NCBI GenBank assembly: GCA_016194985.1
Contig: JACQAK010000150.1
Coordinates: 236-64,235, forward strand
Length of the DNA stretch: 64,000 nt
Reading direction: 5' to 3'
Origin: Bacteroidota bacterium
GTDB taxonomy: Bacteria; Bacteroidota; Bacteroidia; B-17B0; Aurantibacillaceae
The position numbers and the translations under genes are program-made. The notes under the pieces were generated by a model. It ran no database searches and was not told where the DNA came from. It saw nothing but the letters and a program-made list of their open reading frames with translations. Positions 58,343 through 64,000 of this stretch are shown here, piece by piece. The first letter of the stretch is position 1; each line of letters opens with the position of its first letter.

Positions 58343-60550
58343 CTAATTACCAAACTCGCTGATAAACTTAATGCGCATTAATCTTACTTCTTCTTCACTG
58401 TATTCATCTTCTCCCAGTTCTTTCAGGATCGCATTGATATCATCGGTCTCTGCTTCCCGTAAGCACTCATAAATCTCATCTTTTTTATCTTCGTCTATCA
58501 CCTGATCGATGTAGTAATTGATGTTTAATTTTGTTCCTGAATCTACAATAGTTTCAATTTCCGTTAATAGATCATTCATCTTCAGGTTCTTATTTTTAGC
58601 CATATCTTCCAGGCTTACTTTTCTATCGATGTTTTGAATAATAAAAACCTTTAAGCCGGATTTGTTCACTACCGATTTAATGACCATATCGCTAGGACGT
58701 TCTATCTCATTATCCTCCACATGTTTTTTAATGACTTCTAAAAACGGTTTACCGTATTTTGCCGCTTTTCCGGCACCAACTCCAGTTATCTTTGCCATTT
58801 CTTCCATCGTTATCGGATAATTGATCGACATCTCTTCTAAAGACGGCTCCTGGAAAATAATGTAAGGAGGTAAATTGTTTTGTTTAGCTATTTTCTTCGT
58901 CAAATCTTTTAGCATGGCATACAATACTTCATCTGTACTGTTTGCACCTTTTCCGCCAACTATATCCTCATCACCATCGCTTTCGGCATTACTAAAATCA
59001 TTGTCTCTTGTAAACTTGATGCTGAAAGGATTTTTTAAGAAATCTTTTCCTTTATCGGTAATTTTTACAAGGCCATAGTTCTCAATATCCTTTGCAAAGA
59101 AGCCGTTTACAATAGCCTGACGCATAACCGCATTCCAGAATTTATCATCTTTATCTGCTTCTACGCCTTCACCCCATGTTTTTAACTCGTTGTGCTTGTA
59201 TGATTTTCCGGTAGCCGTTAAATTTCCCATTAACAAGTTAATGATGTCTTTAACTTTATGTTTTTCTTTACTTTCTTTTACGGCTTTAATTGCCAGGATC
59301 AAATCATCCTGCGCTTCAAATTTTTGTTTTGGATGGCGGCAATTGTCACACATCTCATTACATTTAGCATCGTCAAATTCTTCTCCGAAATAATGTAAGA
59401 TAAATTTACGGCGGCAAGACGAAGTTTCGGCAAAAGAGGCCGTTTCCGACAACATTTGTTTCCCTATTTCCTGTTCATTTACCGGTTTATCCTTCATAAA
59501 CTTCTCCAGCTTCATGATATCATCATAACTGTAAAAGGTCAGGCAGTTTCCTTCGCCGCCATCACGACCTGCACGGCCGGTTTCCTGATAATAACCTTCT
59601 AATGACTTAGGTATATCGTGGTGAATCACATAGCGTACATCCGGTTTATCAATTCCCATCCCAAAGGCAATGGTGGCCACAATAACATCAATATCTTCCA
59701 TTAAGAATCCGTCCTGTGTTTTAGCACGTTCCTTGGCGTCCAGTCCTGCATGGTATGGTGCTGCCTTTACACCATTCACGATCAGAGCCTGAGCTACTTC
59801 TTCTACTTTTTTACGGCTCAAACAATAAATAATACCGGATTTTCCTGTATTTTGCTTGGCATATTTAATAATTTCCTTGATAACATTTTGCTTGGCGCGC
59901 ACCTCATAATACAGGTTTTCTCTGTTAAATGATGACTTAAACAAACCGGCATCCAGCATTCCGAGATTTTTTTGGATATCGTGCTGAACTTTAGGCGTTG
60001 CTGTGGCTGTTAAAGCCATTACGGGCACAGAGCCTAATTTATCAATAATGGGACGTAAACGACGGTATTCCGGACGGAAATCATGCCCCCACTCAGAGAT
60101 ACAATGCGCTTCGTCGATAGCAAAAAAGGAAATTTTAAATTCAGAGAAGAACTCCACATTATCTTCCTTATTTAGGGTTTCGGGAGCTACATACAACAAT
60201 TTAGTTTTTCCGGATAAAACATCCTTTTTAACGGTTGCTATTTCTGACTTATTTAAAGAAGAATTCAAAAAGTGGGCAATTCCGGTCTCGTTACTAAAGC
60301 CCCGGATGGCATCCACCTGATTTTTCATCAACGCAATTAAAGGTGAAACAATAATAGCCGTTCCCTCGCTCATAATAGCCGGTAACTGGTAACATAAAGA
60401 CTTACCTCCACCGGTAGGCATAATCACAAATGTATCCTGTTTATTAAGGATATTATTGATAATAGCTTCCTGGTTTCCTTTAAAGCCTCCAAAGCCAAAA
60501 AAGGCCTTAAGGGGTTCGGCTAAATTATGGGTTTCAACTTCTGCAATCAT
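58343..60550 (-). CDS. recQ: ATP-dependent DNA helicase RecQ
   Basis: 735 aa with helicase motifs MPTGGGKSLCYQ, DEAHCISEWGHDFRP and TATAT. The RQC zinc cluster CRR...CDNC and a C-terminal HRDC-like region are present. Confidence 0.93.
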   Translation of the reverse strand: MIAEVETHNLAEPLKAFFGFGGFKGNQEAIINNILNKQDTFVIMPTGGGKSLCYQLPAIMSEGTAIIVSPLIALMKNQVDAIRGFSNETGIAHFLNSSLNKSEIATVKKDVLSGKTKLLYVAPETLNKEDNVEFFSEFKISFFAIDEAHCISEWGHDFRPEYRRLRPIIDKLGSVPVMALTATATPKVQHDIQKNLGMLDAGLFKSSFNRENLYYEVRAKQNVIKEIIKYAKQNTGKSGIIYCLSRKKVEEVAQALIVNGVKAAPYHAGLDAKERAKTQDGFLMEDIDVIVATIAFGMGIDKPDVRYVIHHDIPKSLEGYYQETGRAGRDGGEGNCLTFYSYDDIMKLEKFMKDKPVNEQEIGKQMLSETASFAETSSCRRKFILHYFGEEFDDAKCNEMCDNCRHPKQKFEAQDDLILAIKAVKESKEKHKVKDIINLLMGNLTATGKSYKHNELKTWGEGVEADKDDKFWNAVMRQAIVNGFFAKDIENYGLVKITDKGKDFLKNPFSIKFTRDNDFSNAESDGDEDIVGGKGANSTDEVLYAMLKDLTKKIAKQNNLPPYIIFQEPSLEEMSINYPITMEEMAKITGVGAGKAAKYGKPFLEVIKKHVEDNEIERPSDMVIKSVVNKSGLKVFIIQNIDRKVSLEDMAKNKNLKMNDLLTEIETIVDSGTKLNINYYIDQVIDEDKKDEIYECLREAETDDINAILKELGEDEYSEEEVRLMRIKFISEFGN

Positions 60551-60757
60551 GGTTTTAATGATTAAAATATGTGTTTTATTGAGTGAGCGAGTTCTTAATT
60601 TGTTATATAAAGATATAATTAAAATTTTGATAAAAGCAAAACAATTTGACAGTTAAATAGCATTTTCAGACTAATTAACTTTTTGAAACGATGAATCGAT
60701 GAATTGGAAAATAAAAAAGATGCTGAAAATCAATCTGTTTCTGAATCCCGGGAACGG

Positions 60758-61591
60758 CTATATAAAAAACAGGATGGTTTGGATGATCAAAAGCCCGTCA
60801 ACCCACAGGTAGTAATAAAAGGAATGTCTTTTATCACTGGTAAAAAGGATGGTTGCAATCACAAAGAGTCTCAGAATGACAGAAGACACTAGGGCCCCGG
60901 AATCATGCTTGAACAGATAAAACGACGTAAAGCCTATAGCCATCAATAACAGGCAAATGGTTTTGGTAACCATTACGCCAAATCTGTTGGCATAAGTGTT
61001 TACTCCCGATACTAAGTCTGCCTGATTATCTTTGATATCAAACAGCATACATAATACCGAGATAAAGCAAAACTGTGATATTAAAAACCATACACTGTGT
61101 GCCGTGAACAGCTGGTTTTCGATAAGAGGAACCAGACTGCAACTGATTACCCATACCGACGAAATCAAAAAGGGTTTGATGTATCCGTGTCGTCTTAAAT
61201 TAAAGGGCTGCAGGTAATATAATGTAGATACAACCTCGGCACCAATCATAATACCGATAGATAAGTAGCTAAGGTTATTACATAAAAACAGAACAATCAA
61301 CAAAGAAGCCCCTATGCTGTAAAGCATTGTTTTTTTATGCTGTATGGTCCATTGGGCTCTTTCGGAATGCACATTGCTTTGATTGACCACATAGTACCCT
61401 CTTTGTACGTTGTACTGCAAATAGGTAGATAGCAATACAAAGACGAGATATGCATTATTTGAAAAATTAACCGGAAAGGGAAATAAGTGGTACGTTAGTA
61501 ATACCTGCGATAAGGCACAGATAGCAATAAAAACATTAGCATAGACTAAGGCTTTAACAAAAGGAGACGATATGAAAGCGTTAGTTCTCAA
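60758..61591 (-). CDS. Polytopic membrane protein, possibly UbiA-type prenyltransferase
   Basis: 277 aa with about 8 hydrophobic segments. It has one Asp-rich motif, DIKDNQAD (DxxDxxxD), but no clear first NDxxD motif. It overlaps the tatD stop by 11 nt. Confidence 0.45.
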   Translation of the reverse strand: MRTNAFISSPFVKALVYANVFIAICALSQVLLTYHLFPFPVNFSNNAYLVFVLLSTYLQYNVQRGYYVVNQSNVHSERAQWTIQHKKTMLYSIGASLLIVLFLCNNLSYLSIGIMIGAEVVSTLYYLQPFNLRRHGYIKPFLISSVWVISCSLVPLIENQLFTAHSVWFLISQFCFISVLCMLFDIKDNQADLVSGVNTYANRFGVMVTKTICLLLMAIGFTSFYLFKHDSGALVSSVILRLFVIATILFTSDKRHSFYYYLWVDGLLIIQTILFFI

Positions 61592-62348
61592 AAATCTCTA
61601 AAGCATTTTGGGAGGTGATCTCTGCTACTTCTTCAACAGATACCTGTTTTAACTGTGCTATCTTTTCGGCAATCAAAGGAATATAAGCACTTTCATTTCT
61701 TTTGCCGCGATGAGGAACCGGCGCCAAATACGGAGCATCCGTTTCTAAAACGATATCCCTCAAATGCAATTGCTCAACCACCTTATCCAGTCCCGAATTT
61801 TTAAAGGTTACCACTCCGCCAATTCCTAATTTAAAATTACCAAGCGATAAAATTTTTTGTGCCTGTATATAATCCCCGCTAAAGCAATGAAAGACTCCTT
61901 TTGGTAGTTTCTCGAAAGATTGCAAAATGGCAAAGATCTCATCAAAGGCATTCCGGCAATGAATCACAACTGTATAATTATATTCAAGAGCCCAGAAAAT
62001 TTGTTCCTTAAATGCCAGCTCCTGTTCTTTTATAAATGTTTTATCCCAATACAGATCCATACCAATCTCACCGATAGCAGCAAACCTTCTCAGATCCAAC
62101 CATTTTTTTACGACCTCCAATTCATCTCTGTAATTTTCTTTTACAGAACAGGGATGTAATCCCATCATAGGTAAACACTGTTCAGGGAAGTGAACTTCCA
62201 GAGCCAACATGCCATCGATAGTTGTACTATCAACATTTGGCATATAGAATTTAGTAACCGATTTTGATATCGCTTCTTTGATCTTATCAAATCGATCCTC
62301 ATTAAATTCTTCCGAGTAAAGGTGGGTATGTGTATCTATAAACATCAA
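61581..62348 (-). CDS. tatD: TatD family metal-dependent hydrolase
   Basis: 255 aa with MFIDTHTHLY, EIGMDLYW, HCR and ETDAPYL. Confidence 0.9.
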   Translation of the reverse strand: MMFIDTHTHLYSEEFNEDRFDKIKEAISKSVTKFYMPNVDSTTIDGMLALEVHFPEQCLPMMGLHPCSVKENYRDELEVVKKWLDLRRFAAIGEIGMDLYWDKTFIKEQELAFKEQIFWALEYNYTVVIHCRNAFDEIFAILQSFEKLPKGVFHCFSGDYIQAQKILSLGNFKLGIGGVVTFKNSGLDKVVEQLHLRDIVLETDAPYLAPVPHRGKRNESAYIPLIAEKIAQLKQVSVEEVAEITSQNALEIFEN

Positions 62349-62384
62349 AAAAATGGTTATTTTTGTTCTACAAATTTAAGCATC

Positions 62385-62843
62385 ATGAAGACATTACTGG
62401 CATTTATTTTTTTAAGTTCCATCTTATTATTTACAGAATGTAAAAAGTATCCGGAAGGTCCTGCCATTAGTTTCAGAAGCAAAAAAGAACGAATCTCTAA
62501 CAGCTGGAAAGTGAGCGAGTTAAAGATCAACGATGTGGATTCAACAGCCTATTATACCAATATATTGCATGATTATACCCTGAATATTAATAAAAGCGGC
62601 AGTTATACCATTACCTATTTTGTGACAGTTCCTAACATTGGTAATATTACAAATACCGAAAGCGGTTTCTGGTCTTTTTCTTCCAATAAAAAAGATCTCA
62701 ATTTAAGTCCTTCTTCCATTTCCTATGGAAATGTGCCATCTTCCAGTTCATGGCAAATCTTGAAACTTTATGAAAAAGAATTGTGGTTAAGATCATTTGA
62801 TGTTAATGGCAAGAAAACCGAATTTCATCTTTTACCTAAATAA
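62385..62843 (+). CDS. Small lipoprotein (lipocalin-like, tentative)
   Basis: The start is taken at MKTLLAFIFLSSILLFTEC, which carries a lipobox Cys. The track start at 62322 overlaps tatD. Confidence 0.6.
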   Translation: MKTLLAFIFLSSILLFTECKKYPEGPAISFRSKKERISNSWKVSELKINDVDSTAYYTNILHDYTLNINKSGSYTITYFVTVPNIGNITNTESGFWSFSSNKKDLNLSPSSISYGNVPSSSSWQILKLYEKELWLRSFDVNGKKTEFHLLPK

Positions 62844-62851
62844 ATGTTGTT

Positions 62852-63814
62852 TTGAAAATCTTAGTTGTTCGTTTTAGCTCCATTGGCGATATCGTTTTAA
62901 CGACGCCGGTTTTACGTTGCATTAAACAACAGCTGAATGATATTGAATTACATTTTGTGACCAAGCAGAGCTTTCAATCTGTAATTGAGCACAACATCTA
63001 CATCGATAAACTATTCACAATGAAAGACTCGCTTTCAGAAGTGATTCCTCAATTACGAAAAGAGAATTATGATTATGTGATCGATCTGCATCACAATATC
63101 AGAACACTCAAATTAAAAACAGCTTTAGGAAAAAAATCATTTTCCTTCAATAAGCTGAACTGGGAAAAATTTTTAATTGTACATTTAAAAATCAACCAAT
63201 TGCCCGATAAGCATATTGTTGACAGATACTTTGAAGCAGTTGATCCTATTGGTGTTAAGAACGATGGAAAAGGTCTGGATTATTTTATTGGTGAAAAAGA
63301 TGAGATTGACATACAATCTTCTTTACCATCTTTGTTTCACGGCGAGTATCATGCCCTGGTGGTAGGCGGTTCTTATTATACCAAACAAATTCCTGGTCAT
63401 AAACTAAAAGACATCTGTGCCAGGAGTTCACTTCCGGTAATATTACTGGGAGGAAAAGAAGATGCTGCTATTGCTGAACAGGTCTATCAATTGCATAAAA
63501 ATAAAACCATTAATCTGTGTGGCAAGTTAACCATTAATCAGTCTGCGTCCATTATTCAACAAGCTAAAAAAGTGATCACCTCCGATACCGGCTTAATGCA
63601 TATTGCCGCAGCTTATAAAAAGGATATTATTTCATTGTGGGGCAATACTATTCCCGAATTTGGTATGGGACCCTATTTAGCCGGCAAAAATTCTCAATTA
63701 CTGGAAGTGAACAATTTATCCTGCAGGCCTTGTTCTAAACTGGGTTATAAAAAATGCCCCAAAGGACATTTCAAATGCATGAATGACATTGATCTGAGTA
63801 ATATCCGAATTTAG
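62852..63814 (+). CDS. Glycosyltransferase family 9 (LPS heptosyltransferase-like)
   Basis: 320 aa with KILVVRFSSIGDIVLTTPV and ITSDTGLMHIAAA. The start is TTG. Confidence 0.8.
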   Translation: MKILVVRFSSIGDIVLTTPVLRCIKQQLNDIELHFVTKQSFQSVIEHNIYIDKLFTMKDSLSEVIPQLRKENYDYVIDLHHNIRTLKLKTALGKKSFSFNKLNWEKFLIVHLKINQLPDKHIVDRYFEAVDPIGVKNDGKGLDYFIGEKDEIDIQSSLPSLFHGEYHALVVGGSYYTKQIPGHKLKDICARSSLPVILLGGKEDAAIAEQVYQLHKNKTINLCGKLTINQSASIIQQAKKVITSDTGLMHIAAAYKKDIISLWGNTIPEFGMGPYLAGKNSQLLEVNNLSCRPCSKLGYKKCPKGHFKCMNDIDLSNIRI

Positions 63815-63845
63815 AGATTCCTCTAAGGCCTTGTTCCGTTAGTTA

Positions 63846-64000
63846 TTAATCCTGCATAAATAAGGCTTTCAATTCCGTAGCATCATCCGGTTTCATTCTG
63901 CCTGCCAGTATCAGCGATAATTGTCGGCGGCGCAAAGCACCTTCATATCTTCTTTTTTCTTCTTCGGTTTCAGGAATTAATGGAGGAACGGGTAAAGGTG
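63846..64000 (-). CDS. C-terminal end of an unidentified protein (gene continues beyond window end)
   Basis: The minus strand reads ...PLPVPPLIPETEEEKRRYEGALRRRQLSLILAGRMKPDDATELKALFMQD and then TAA at 63848-63846. It is too short to assign. Confidence 0.35.
   Translation of the reverse strand, partial: PLPVPPLIPETEEEKRRYEGALRRRQLSLILAGRMKPDDATELKALFMQD

Noticed and set aside
60704-60892. 62-aa plus-strand ORF
   Set aside because: It mostly overlaps antisense with the 3' end of the 60758-61591 membrane-protein gene and has no supporting features.

Overview
AT-rich chromosomal segment with Bacteroidota hallmarks: T9SS type A and type B C-terminal sorting domains, TAnnTTTG-type promoter boxes, a GxxExxY gene, and the Thr-Tyr-Gly-Thr tRNA cluster upstream of tuf. 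It holds about 55 genes, mostly housekeeping or envelope functions. These include tuf, two peroxiredoxins, rnhB, asd, asnS, ribBA, truB, dut, panD, pepN, DPP4, pepT, pepA, recQ, tatD, LPS/heptose genes, two two-component systems and several large T9SS cargo proteins. I saw no transposase, integrase, phage gene, CRISPR array or recognisable defence island, and no clearly novel multi-gene system. The points most worth a second look are: (1) a GC-rich, multi-helix element of about 250-300 nt between nfu and asnS (18945-19255), with partial or collapsed relatives at 34773-34912 and inside the 627-bp gap at 12405-13031, so it is a dispersed structured repeat or ncRNA family I cannot name. (2) A GxxExxY (PD-(D/E)XK-like) gene that exactly fills the pepN-DPP4 gap and is bracketed by 23-nt inverted repeats (21/23), the right one covering the DPP4 start codon. 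(3) A tightly coupled DUF2236-like oxygenase / unknown polytopic membrane protein / HisKA_2 kinase / receiver operon. (4) Gene decay: pdxA has an internal out-of-frame deletion, a LamG-Ig T9SS cargo gene is split, and another T9SS repeat protein is 5'-truncated. Family assignments come from reading the translations and have not been checked by any database search.
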